A DNA stretch of 63,911 bases, filler included, from Octopus bimaculoides (Eukaryota), in assembly GCF_001194135.2 (NCBI RefSeq). It is 9 parts of 7 records of this genome, joined end to end, with 100 filler letters (N's around TTAATTAATTAA, not from the genome) between each part and the next. Parts side by side here need not be neighbours in the genome. Positions count along the whole stretch, not along the records: positions 37,014 to 40,300 come from NC_068983.1; positions 40,401 to 47,387 come from NC_068982.1; positions 47,488 to 49,518 come from NC_068987.1; positions 49,619 to 55,199 come from NC_068982.1; 5 more parts are not named here. One strand, given 5' to 3'. The position numbers were made by a program, and so were the translations under genes. The notes beneath the pieces were generated by a model, which saw nothing but the letters and a program-made list of their open reading frames with translations, did not search any database and was not told the origin of the DNA. This document shows, piece after piece, positions 39,305 through 50,538 of this stretch. Position 1 is the stretch's first letter, and each line of letters starts with the position of its first letter.

Positions 39305-39644
39305 ATAAACCTATATACAATGAACTATCCCTTCAACTTCCATATGTGAGAAACGAATAGCTAATATTATAACTGTTAGACTACTCTGACAAATGATTTG
39401 TTTTGAGTGGGGAAAAGCTTGTATAGGAGCAGTTAGACTATTTAGAAATGCTGGTAGCAGACAGTTGATGAATGTTTGCCTCAAACCATTATAACATAAT
39501 TCTGGACTATCTGTTATAGTTCTCAGTCACCTGACCTATTTGCCTTCGGCACAACTTAATGTGCAAACTCAGAGTGTACATATGTTAAACGTTCAACTGG
39601 CACTTAAACAGACAAACCTTCATATACATACATACGTACGTACG

Positions 39645-40070
39645 TACAAACCCCGAGGACAAAGAAACAAGAACCCACAGTATGGTGGAAGCCATAGCCA
39701 CTCATAAAAAAGAAACGTCAATAAAATATAAACACAATAAACTTGGCATAAGGATTTGAGATACAGGAGAAATATCAGCTGTATAGCAGATGTTCACATA
39801 ATGCTGAAGATCTTCGAAACAGAAGATCCCCGCGCTGAAGTATTGAGAAATGTGCAGTTACTCTATCAAAATAACAAATTTAGGTTTATATCTGTAATTA
39901 TTGGAGCACTGGGGTATGTAACACACTACCTAAATACCAATCTTGAAAAATTATGCTTCTCATAAACAGGAAGGGGAGCACTGGTGCAAAGAGATCAGAT
40001 CCAATCTATCGCTGGAACTGCAACAATCTGCAAAAATTCCCAGAAATTTTTCATTTAAGTATATATGTGT
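39645..40070 (+). mobile_element. R4/Dong-like RLE 3' fragment
   Basis: CIADVHIMLK...LRNVQLLYQNNKFRFISVIIGALGYVTHYLNTNLEKL. Preceded by catacatacatacgtacgtacgtac. Confidence 0.75.
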
Positions 40071-40450
40071 AGGTATGCAATTATATGTATGACAATACAT
40101 ACATAAAGCAAAGCATACACATCTGCATATATATACATACAAGCAAAAGTACACTGTCCATGTTGCTGAAATTCCAATTAAGGAGCCTTGGATCTAGGTT
40201 ACAAAACAGCTCTTTCATTTTTGGCTAGAAATCTTGAACTAAAGCTGGATAATGACATACATACACACACATATACATGTATATATATATATATATATAT
40301 NNNNNNNNNNNNNNNNNNNNNNNNNNNNNNNNNNNNNNNNNNNNTTAATTAATTAANNNNNNNNNNNNNNNNNNNNNNNNNNNNNNNNNNNNNNNNNNNN
40401 CAAGATGAGGACAAATATCCGTCAAATGTAAATAATGTAAATAATAAAAT

Positions 40451-40862
40451 ATAGGCGCAGGAGTGGTTGTGTGGTAAGTAGCTTGCTTACCAACGACATG
40501 GTTCTGGGTTCAGTCCCACTTCATGGCATCTTGGGCAAGTGTCTTCTACTATAGCCTCAGCCCGACCAAATCTTTGTGAGTGGATTTGCTAGACGGAAAC
40601 TGAAAGAAGCCCGTCGTATATATGTATATATATATATGTGTGTGTGTACGTTTGTGTGTCTGTGTTTGTCCCCCCAACATTGCTTGACAACCGATGCTGG
40701 TGTGTTTATGCCCCCGTCACTTAGCGGTTTGGCAAAAGAGACCAATAGAATAAGTACTAGGCTTACAAAGAATAAATCCCGGGGTCGATTTGCTCAACTA
40801 AAGGCGGTGCTCCAGCATGGCCGCAGTCAAATGACTGAAACAAGTAAAAGAGTAAAGAGAGT
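40451..40862 (+). mobile_element. Full-length CORE-like SINE (family B)
   Basis: ataggcgcaggagtggttgtgtggtaag head, catcttgggcaagtg core, complete 3' module. Confidence 0.92.
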
Positions 40863-40943
40863 AAATGAAGGTAAGTCATTAGTTAATGCTAAAGGCAGCA
40901 GAGTCTGTCTGCAACACAAGCCAACCCTGATCCTTAAATATAC

Positions 40944-41625
40944 TTATGTTTTCACATTTACTGCTGCAAGTATCATTCTGTAAGACATCAACTTCCTGTG
41001 GATCTGCAACAGAAATTTAATTTCTGGCATATTTTTCTGTAACCAATGCCTTCAGGATGTACATCAACACTACTAACCTCTTTTTGTTGAGGTGAAGTGA
41101 TTCCTATTTTGAAGACAACAGGACTAATAATCAATTGGCAGACACTTCTGATTTTTGCATTATTTAATAAAAATATTTTGCTTTAAAAAATACTTTTCTT
41201 TTTTGTATGAAAAAATTTTTTTTACAAAATAATTTTATATTTCCTTCACAAAAATTTTTTCTTTTGCCAAAATATTTTTTTACCAAAATTTTATTATTTA
41301 CAGAAATATTCTTTTACATAATTTCTAGATTATGAAAACATTTTTTTTCATAAAAATATATATTTTTATGAAAATGCTTCTTTTTATGAAAGTATTTTTT
41401 TACCCCAAGCAGATAAATCTTTCACCTTTTGCTGAAGATACTACCGATTTTAAGAAGTCTTTCAATTAACTAACAATTTTCAAGAGAGGTGTACTGTTGT
41501 TATTACTATTATTATGATATAATTTTCATTTATTTTTAAATGTCATATCTCTACATATACCATATTTGACAGCTCATACCTCATACTTTTCTCACCACAA
41601 AATGTCCAAGAAAATCAGCACGTGC
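40944..41625 (-). CDS. Four phase-compatible candidate small exons (41596-41625, 41426-41469, 41078-41103, 40944-41003)
   Basis: All have GT-AG boundaries and splice in frame to ARADFLGHFV-LIERLLKIGSIFSKR-NHFTSTKR-DPQEVDVLQNDTCSSKCENI. Picked by eye, so over-fitting is possible. Confidence 0.22.
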
Positions 41626-41976
41626 CTTATAAATAGAAGGCCAGAGTTACTGACAAGCGGTGCTTCAAGTGCTGCAGTGTCCAATAAAATTCACTAGAAA
41701 TATCTCTCTTATGAGATTACTTCCCAGAGTTATGAGTATTTTCTGAAGTAAGGACGTTTAGCAATGTTGTATCAAATAACATCAGTCAGGAAGTAAAATG
41801 TGTAGCAAGGCTTGACCATACACATAAACAAACTATCAGTCAGCTGCATACCAAACAGGATATCCTTAAAGCTTATATGCAGTAAATATAACACTATGCA
41901 TTTTATAAAGTTTACGTAACATAGTGAAGTAAATAAACATGATAAGGTTTGAAACATATAAATATATATATCATCA

Positions 41977-42063
41977 ACATCATCGTTTAACGTCCGTTTT
42001 CCATGCTGGCATGGGTTGGATGTTTTGACTAAGGTCTGGAGAACCAGCAGCTGCTCCATGTTC

Positions 42064-42097
<34 letters not shown>

Positions 42098-42228
42098 CTT
42101 GCTTCCCAACCATATAGTTCCAGGTTCAGTCCCAATGCATGGCACCTTGGGCAAGTGTCTTCCACTATAGCCTCGGGCTGACCAAAGCCTTGTGAATGGA
42201 TTTGGTTGATGGAAACTGAAAGAAGTCC
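41977..42228. mobile_element. Family C repeat end (41977-42062, minus) followed by a partial family B SINE (42095-42228, plus)
   Basis: catcatcgtttaacgtccg..ccatgctggcatgggttgga matches 47150 and 62970; then gcaccttgggcaagtgtc core running into the gap. Confidence 0.8.
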
Positions 42229-43087
42229 NNNNNNNNNNNNNNNNNNNNNNNNNNNNNNNNNNNNNNNNNNNNNNNNNNNNNNNNNNNNNNNNNNNNNNNN
42301 NNNNNNNNNNNNNNNNNNNNNNNNNNNNNNNNNNNNNNNNNNNNNNNNNNNNNNNNNNNNNNNNNNNNNNNNNNNNNNNNNNNNNNNNNNNNNNNNNNNN
42401 NNNNNNNNNNNNNNNNNNNNNNNNNNNNNNNNNNNNNNNNNNNNNNNNNNNNNNNNNNNNNNNNNNNNNNNNNNNNNNNNNNNNNNNNNNNNNNNNNNNN
42501 NNNNNNNNNNNNNNNNNNNNNNNNNNNNNNNNNNNNNNNNNNNNNNNNNNNNNNNNNNNNNNNNNNNNNNNNNNNNNNNNNNNNNNNNNNNNNNNNNNNN
42601 NNNNNNNNNNNNNNNNNNNNNNNNNNNNNNNNNNNNNNNNNNNNNNNNNNNNNNNNNNNNNNNNNNNNNNNNNNNNTAATATACATGCACACATATACAT
42701 ACATATACACATAGATATATATATGGATATATATAGATAAAAAACCCAAATATATTCAAAAGATAAACACATGTACAAGCATGTAGATATTTATATAAAT
42801 ATTGACAAATAAACTTACTTTTACATGTATAAAAGATACAGGAGAGGGTAAAGATAAGGAGAGAATGCATAGATTTTTTTTTACTTGACATCTGTTTCTT
42901 GGAGTTTGAAATTACATAATAATGATAATGTTTATAATTAGCAGATGGAATGTGCAAAATGTCATGGATATGCAACCATTTCACATCGTAGTGTGAGAAA
43001 TTATATATTAGCTAATAATCCATTTTATACGGTGATATCAAAAAAAAATTTAATATAGGCACAGTAGTGCTGTACAGTAGTGCAGCC

Positions 43088-43250
43088 ACAGTAGTGGCTG
43101 TATGGTAAGTAGCTTACTTACCAACCACATGGTTCCGGGTTCAGTCCCACTGCGTGGCACCTTGGGTAATTGTCTTCTATTGCCTCAGGCTGACCAAAGC
43201 CTTATGAGTGGATTTGGTAGACAGAAACTGAAAGAAGCCCATCGTATATA
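43088..43250 (+). mobile_element. Family B SINE, 5' half
   Basis: gtggctgtatggtaagtagc...gcaccttgggtaattgtc...gaaactgaaagaagccc. Confidence 0.85.
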
Positions 43251-43316
43251 TAATCACATGTGAATCGTTGGCAATTTTTTTTTCCTCTGTCTTCTTTTTT
43301 TATTGGACTTTCCTCT

Positions 43317-43351
43317 GTTTCTGAAGAAGAGCTTTGCTCGAAACGTTAAAC
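43317..43351 (+). ncRNA. Minimal type I hammerhead ribozyme motif with intact core
   Basis: GTTT-CTGAAGA-A-GAGC-ttt-GCTC-GAAA-CGT-T-AAAC: CUGANGA and GAAA cores, 4-bp stem II, 4-bp stem I, palindromic ACGT stem III, GUU triplet. Confidence 0.6.
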
Positions 43352-43404
43352 CATCTTTCTTTCCTTCCCTGTTTTTTTGTGTTTGTTCTTCGTATTTATG
43401 GATT

Positions 43405-43473
<69 letters not shown>

Positions 43474-44507
43474 TAGATAGATAGATAGATTCAGGTGAAT
43501 ATGGTACTTAAGTTTAAGCACCAGAAATAAGTATGGTATCATCCATACAGTTTCAAAATAAGGTGATTAAAATCAAAATAAGCAACAAGGATATCCAAAG
43601 TTAATGCAGTACGATAGTTTCATGCGACTCCATTTGATTAAGCAATGTGAACATTACGTCAAATGTAAAATGCAGAGCAATCGTCAGCTTCACAAAATAT
43701 AGAAATTTAATGAAATTACATTTCAACAGAAGGGCATATTTTTATAACTACATTTAAACTCTCCAAGTAGAAAGGAAGAATACAAAAAACCATTTTGACT
43801 TAGCCAGACCTTATAGGCTAGTGAATTATTCTAAGCAGATTTTTAACTGTCACTGATTTTGATTTTATTTGTTTTTTTGTTTCTGATTTATGGACCATCT
43901 TATCAGACCTAGTGATTCAAAGCTTAAGAGGGCACTGGCATTTTCTTTGTAGGGAAAGGGGTAAACAGTATAGACAGTAAACGTGGATGATATAGTTATA
44001 AAATTTCTTAAGGTTTAGTGACAAACTACTACAGGGGAAGGGGTTCTATACTAGCAGACCAGTTTATAATGGAGCAGGGGAATATTATCATAAGGCACCT
44101 AGGTCAAAAGTGTATAAAATGAAGTTGCTATATTGTGTACAGATACAATAAATGGTTATTCATAATTTTCATTAATCAGAATAATGTATCAATATTGTTT
44201 TACATATGCTAAGTTTGAAATACTTGAGATACCAATATTTGCTTAATTAATATGTGAATAAATAAAAGCTAATTATAAATTAATAATGAAATAAAATGAA
44301 ATATTGTATAATAATGTAACTAATCAATTAAGGCAGTATGCAAAGACCATGAAGTGGTATTAATTTAAAATGCTATGGTAAAGTACATTTAGACTTATTT
44401 ACACCAATATAAGGAACCATAGATAAGATGTGAAATTAAAAATTTTTTATATATATAGGACTAAAATTATAAAATTAAACCTATATATCTAATATCATTT
44501 AAAGGAC

Positions 44508-44640
44508 ACATGTGGTAAGAAGTTTGCTTCTCAACCACATGGTTCTAGTTTCAGTCCCACTGTGTGACACCTTGGACAAGTGTCTTCCTCAGGCCAACCA
44601 AAGCATTGTGAGTGGATATGGTAGATGGAAACTAAAAGAA

Positions 44641-44707
<67 letters not shown>

Positions 44708-44852
44708 TGTCTGTCTGTTTGTCCCCTATCACTGTTTGACAACTGATATTGGTGTGTTTGTGGTTCAGCAAAACAGACCAATAGACTTAGCTCCAGGTAG
44801 TGCTCCAGTGTGGCCACAGTCTAATGTCTAAAGCAAGTAAAAGATAAAAGAT
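44508..44852 (+). mobile_element. Degenerate family B SINE with internal (TG)n
   Basis: gtggtaagaagtttgcttc...gacaccttggacaagtgtc...gtgctccagtgtggccacagtc. Confidence 0.8.
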
Positions 44853-45021
44853 AACTTTATCAATTCAGATCTGATCTATACTTGTCTGTAAGTAAAGTAG
44901 TTTTGAGACAAAAATTCCATAAGAGATTTATGTAAGAACTTTTTATTGAATTTTGCGTAAAATACTACTCAGATATCATGTTTTTATGATTACTTTTCTT
45001 ATTTCTTTCTTATTTCTTTAC

Positions 45022-45244
45022 TACCTACAAGGGGCTACACACAGAGGGGACAAACAAAGACAGGCAAACGGCTTAAGTCGATTATATCGACCCCAGTGCA
45101 TGACTGGTACTTATTTAATCAACCCCGAAAGGATGAAAGGCAAAGTCAACCTTGGCGGAATTTGAACTCAGAATGTAGTGGCAGACGAAATACCACTAAG
45201 CATTTCGCCCGGTATGCAAACGTTTCTGCCAGCTCACCGCCTTA
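45022..45244 (-). mobile_element. Full-length tRNA-derived SINE, family A
   Basis: Head AAGGCGGTGAGCTGGCAGAAACGTT, B-box GAGTTCAAATTCC; similar to 19866-20098. Confidence 0.9.
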
Positions 45245-45659
45245 TGATTACTTTTCTATGCTTGCTTAGGTCAGACAAGAATACACTGGGGAAGAGTTTT
45301 TTCAAGAAGGGTGCCCTTCCTGTCACCAACCCCAACAACAAACAGCCTGGATGTGTTTTATGCAGACAACTGGAGACAAGCAATATCACAAATGAGCCTT
45401 CTGTTTATGAAGATCATGCAGCATGTCAAGACATGTTTCTGTGGTGGCATATTACAAGTAAATGACACTGGAAGGAATCCATCATCCAGAAACCAGTGGA
45501 AATAAGGGAAATATGAACTCACTCACACAAACAGGCACACATGCACACAGACATACACACACTCTCTCTCCTGTCTCTCTCTCCTGTCTCTCTCTCCTCT
45601 CTCTCTCTCCTGTCTCTCTCTCTCTCTCTCTCTCTCTCACTCACACACAAACATATGCA

Positions 45660-45830
45660 CACATATGTATAAGACAATGGGCCTTTATTTAGTTCCCAAC
45701 AATCAAATCCACTCACAAGGCAGTGGTCAGTCTGGGGTTATATTAGAAGACACTTGCTCAGGTTGTTACATAACAGAACTGAACCACACACGATGCAGTT
45801 GGGAAGCGAATATCTTAACTGTACATGCAT
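45660..45830 (-). mobile_element. Degenerate family B SINE, 5' half
   Basis: aaatccactcacaaggc...gaagacacttgctcagg...gaactgaacc. Confidence 0.7.
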
Positions 45831-46159
45831 AAATAAAGTGTTAAGGGTGTTTTGTGAAACTATTTGGAATTCACTCATTTGAAAATTTGATTGAAACACA
45901 TAGGAAGGTGTATTTTAGTTAGAAATATAAAACTAAAGGGTTAAGGTTTCTCAATGAGATTTTTTCAGTCAGATTTCATAACAATCTGAATACATCAAAC
46001 TTTGAAATGACCTGATAGGTGAGAGAGCAATGAAAGTCAAGTGGAAACAGTTTTTTTTTTTTCAAAAAAACATTCCAAGAAAAGATTTACCAAAACTCAG
46101 GTGTGTCTTATAAATGATTAAATTCAGAATGAATGTGTTTCAAATTAAGTAGCCTTTAC

Positions 46160-46195
46160 TTTGAAATAGTTTCTGACATTGTTTGAAAATATATT
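46160..46195 (-). CDS. Candidate 36-nt exon following 46801-46936
   Basis: Acceptor ttgtttgtgattttgtttAG, donor AAA|gtaaag. Phase 1-1 matches the upstream exon and reads (K)YIFKQCQKLFQ. Confidence 0.35.
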
Positions 46196-46315
46196 CTAAA
46201 CAAAATCACAAACAATGAGATCGTCTGGTCAATCCTTTCTACTTCAATTTTAACTATTCAGAAAAACATACTTTAGCAATTTAACTACATATTATATATC
46301 TCTATTATTTAGTTT

Positions 46316-46615
46316 AAAACACCAAATTTATCTCTTTGCGCCATACTAGGTCATCTTATTATCTCTATTATTACTGCGGTTTACCCCATTTATTTTAAGT
46401 CATTGTTTGTCCAGCTCATTAATCTAGGTTGCTGCATATTATAACTGCATAATATATGCATTTTATTCCTTAATTTAAAATCTCAAATTTATCTCTTTAA
46501 GCTACAATAGGTCATCTTACTATTTCTTTTAGTACTATGCTTTACACTGTCTATTCTAAGCCATTATGTTTTGGCCAGCTTGTTAATCTAGATTGTTGTT
46601 CAGTATTTTGTAGTG
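46316..46615. repeat. Diverged two-unit tandem duplication, period 161 bp
   Basis: aaatttatctcttt...taggtcatctta...ccagct...ttaatctag occurs at 46324 and again at 46485. Confidence 0.8.
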
Positions 46616-46800
46616 TGTTAAAAAAAGATATGCAAATTATATAAATTTACTTTCTGATGTTGTTACTTCACCCTGTCAACAATAGCTAGGAATTTCTTTT
46701 TGATAGATATAATTTTCAAGGTCATCATCAGATTTTGTTTTTCACCAAATGAGCAGATTGTAATTGCATATGAAAAAAAAAAAACTATCTCTGTCCTTAC

Positions 46801-46936
46801 TTTTAAGGTTTGTCTTGATCCAGTTGTTGAAGGTAAACCAATCTGCAATTCTTTCATCTTTGTTTAAGTAAATTATGACTTCTTCTACTTTTCTACCCTC
46901 GGCCAGTCCCACAGGGACTTTCATAAATCTTTCAAT
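46801..46936 (-). CDS. Internal coding exon of an unidentified gene (136 nt, phase 0 to 1)
   Basis: Acceptor tatctgaacAG with an in-frame stop just upstream, strong donor AAA|gtaagg. Open non-repetitive frame IERFMKVPVGLAEGRKVEEVIIYLNKDERIADWFTFNNWIKTNLK. Confidence 0.6.
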
Positions 46937-47144
46937 CTGTTCAGATAGTTAATATAGTTTAAATCTTGACTACACTTCACTAGGGATAACACCAGACATA
47001 GCACAATGGTCAGTTAGCTTAATGTCCTAACATTAGGCACATCACATAGTTTTCAAAGATTTCCATGCCATAATTGAGAGGTTTTGTCCAAGGTATGCAT
47101 TCCATACCATAAATTCAAACAGGAAATATACATACATACATATA

Positions 47145-47387
47145 TCATCATCATCATCATCATCGTTTAACGTCCGCTTTCCATGCTAGCATGGGTTGGA
47201 CGATCCGACTGAGGACTGGTGAAACCGGATGGCAACACCAGGCTCCAGTCTAATTTGGCAGAGTTTCTACAGCTGGATGCCCTTCCTAACGCCAACCACT
47301 CAGAGACTGTAGTGGGTACTTTTACGTGTCACCCGCACGAAAACGGCCATGCTCGAAATGGTGTCTTTTATGTGCCACCCGCACAAG
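47145..47387 (-). mobile_element. Family C retroposon 3' end with (GAT)n tail
   Basis: Minus strand ...ggcgttaggaagggcatccagctgtagaaac...gcggacgttaaacgatgatgatg; about 5 mismatches in ~150 bp against 62969-63134. Confidence 0.85.
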
Positions 47388-47489
47388 NNNNNNNNNNNNN
47401 NNNNNNNNNNNNNNNNNNNNNNNNNNNNNNNTTAATTAATTAANNNNNNNNNNNNNNNNNNNNNNNNNNNNNNNNNNNNNNNNNNNNTG

Positions 47490-48075
47490 TATATAAGACG
47501 GGCTTCCACAGTTTCCGTCGACCAAATTCACTCAAGGTATTGGTCAGTCCAGCGCTATAATAGAGACACTTGCCCAAGGTGCCGTGCAGTGGGACTCAAC
47601 TCAAAACCACGTAATTGCAAAGCAAGCTTCTTAACCACACAGCTATGCTCCTTTACTCGTTTTCAGCCTTGCAGCTGCGGTCATGATGGAGCACCACACC
47701 TATTAAATATTCATAGAAAAGCAGTTTTTCAGTCATGTATGTAGAGAAGGCTGTCCAATACTTTTGTAGCATTTTATCATCACCATTTTTCGTCCGTTTT
47801 CCATGTTGATATAGGTTGCACAGTTTGATAGGATTTAGTCTTGTGAGGGACACAAGTTTCCCATCTCAGCGATGTTGGGGGGGGACAAACACAGACACAC
47901 ACATATATATACATATATACGACGGGCTTCTTTCAGTTTCCGTCTACCAAATCCACTCACAAAGCTTTGGTCGACCCGAGTCTACAGTAGAAGACACTTG
48001 CCCAAGATGCCACGCAGTGGGACTGAACTCGGAACCATGTGGTTGGTAAGCAAGCTACTTACCACACAACCACTT
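47490..48075 (-). mobile_element. Two family B SINE pieces (47490-47700 and 47862-48075)
   Basis: gacgggcttc..cagtttccgtc.accaaat.cactc...gacacttgcccaag.tgcc.cgcagtgggact occurs twice. Confidence 0.85.
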
Positions 48076-48569
48076 ATATATGTATATATTCTTTTAACCT
48101 TTTTGCTTTCGTATTTCGGTTGAAATACATTCCTTTTGTTTCAATTATTTTTGAAAATAAAGAATTTAGTAAAATAACTGCCATTCATAAGCTGACGTTT
48201 GGAATATAAATCAACATGAAATTTTGAAGCAAGAAGTTTTAAACTGGTATCAAAAAACTCTTAAAATGGTTTTCAGATTTCGATGTTTTGAACATTAGAG
48301 AATCAGAATATAAAAATCATATTTTCGTAGTATCATGTGACCAAAACGCCATGCGTATTTGAAAGTGAAAGTAAAGGCATTGATAAGAGCACTGTCACTT
48401 TCTACAATGTCAGATTAGCGAAAATTTGCAACACAGTCTGCATCGAACCTTCTACCTCATAAGGTTAGAATTTATTCAGATTTTCAATGTGTTTCAAAGC
48501 TGTGAATACTCTCTCCTATCACTACCAATAACAACAACGCTAGCCCATCAAAGGTTAATCCTCAAATTG

Positions 48570-48722
48570 CCTCAGGTACTCATTTTCAGTTGAGTGTACT
48601 AGAATAACCTGAAGTGCCTTGCTCAAAGAAAGACATAACTCAACACAGGGTCTGAGAATCGACTCCACAACCTATCCATTGTGAGCGCTAACACCTTAAC
48701 CATTAAGCCAAGCACCTTCACA
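48570..48722 (-). mobile_element. tRNA-derived SINE, family D (a related fragment may lie at 12435-12510)
   Basis: Head gtgaaggtgcttggcttaatggttaagg, B-box-like gagtcgattc, core ctttgagcaaggcacttca. Confidence 0.65.
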
Positions 48723-50489
48723 AAGTTTGAAATGCGCTGATTACCAGTGTGCAAATACATTTTTTAACGCTTTAATTAGCAGTAATACTTAAGACAACAT
48801 AACAGCAATATGGCCGAAAAACATGTTCTATTTAAGGATAGGGTATATGACATCATATAAGCTTCTCTCTATTCCATGTCTCGTTCAAATGTGACCAGTT
48901 CGTGAACGATTGATCTTGTTTAATATTTATGCACACACACAACAGATTAAACATCGTTACAGTCGACACTAGTGGCAGGATTCACAAAATGAAAGGAAAG
49001 GAAGGAATGGTTTACAGTTGAAAGATTGGTGAGATTATTAAAAAGTTGATGACTGATCGGTAAAAAACAAATGTTTTATGTACAACGTTATCGATAATTG
49101 TAGTCTCCAAGGTCAGTGCGGTACGATTGGGGTTACGTTAAAGAAATTCTCTTTTTATTAGCGTTAACTTTAATTCCAATGACCAAAAATAAATAGAATA
49201 AAATTATAATTTTAGTTTTTACATTTCAACAACGAATTTTCATCAATTTTTGCCGCATTGATAGGAACCACAGAATCGCACTCAGCTATCTTGTTAAATT
49301 TCTGTGGAACAAATTTTCACGACAGCATTCCTGCCACTAAATAACTGCTTTGGTACCAATACCATTCCGCTCAGTGAAAGGGCCTCTAGGACTTCTCATA
49401 CAAAGCTGAAGACTACATGAAACATAGCAGGCACTGGCAATTTCGATTTTTTTCCAGAAATATGTTGCTTTGCACAGAAACTCGTGTATATGTTTGCTCG
49501 TGAGAGAGAGAGAGAGAGNNNNNNNNNNNNNNNNNNNNNNNNNNNNNNNNNNNNNNNNNNNNTTAATTAATTAANNNNNNNNNNNNNNNNNNNNNNNNNN
49601 NNNNNNNNNNNNNNNNNNTTCGCCACCACCATCAATGCCGGCGTCTTTTTCAAAAGCACCGATTCCACCACCAACACCTCCTTCGCCGCCAACACCAACA
49701 CGACTGTCATTTTTTTTATTTATTTTTCCTTCACAAACAGCCATGACTGTAATAACGACTATTCTTGCCAGGAACCACCACCACCACTACCACTACCACT
49801 ACCACTACTACTACTACTACCACTACTACTACTACTACTTCTAGAGTATTGCCTATAATCACTACGGAGACGGTGGCAAGATCAGAGCAGCAGCCGTGCT
49901 AGCTACGGAGATGTGGTAGATGTAGGGTGGTGGGGATGGTGATGGGGTAGTGGGAATGGAGGTACCGGTGTGTTAAGTTGGTCGGTGTGGTAGGCGGTAT
50001 TGTTGTATACATGGCGTGTATCTATCTATATCTATATGTAGATATATATATATATATATATACTTACTGTAAGTATACATACATACATAGTTGAATATAT
50101 ACATGACGTATATGTTTATATATATATATATATCTATATAATAATCAAAGCTGTACATATAGGTACATATGTGTGTGTGTGTGTGTGTAGATATATATAT
50201 AGATATATATATAGATATGTGTGTGTGTGTCTGTATTTAGGCGTGCGATGGCGTTGGTGTTAGTGATTATGTCGGAAAGAAGAGTTGGGTGAGGTGAGGA
50301 GGATGGGTGATTGCTGAAACGGATATATAAAGGATACAAAAAAATAAAAAAAGACGAAAAATTAAAATGAATAAGGATACCCACATATACATAAAACATA
50401 TATGCGTACGAACGTAAACACACCTATATATATATATAGGTATGTGTGTGTATATACCCATAGATTTTTACATACACATACATAAATCA

Positions 50490-50538
<49 letters not shown>

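Noticed and set aside
48968-49340. 11-bp inverted repeat TAGTGGCAGGA ~370 bp apart
   Set aside because: Too short, does not extend, and has no target-site duplication.
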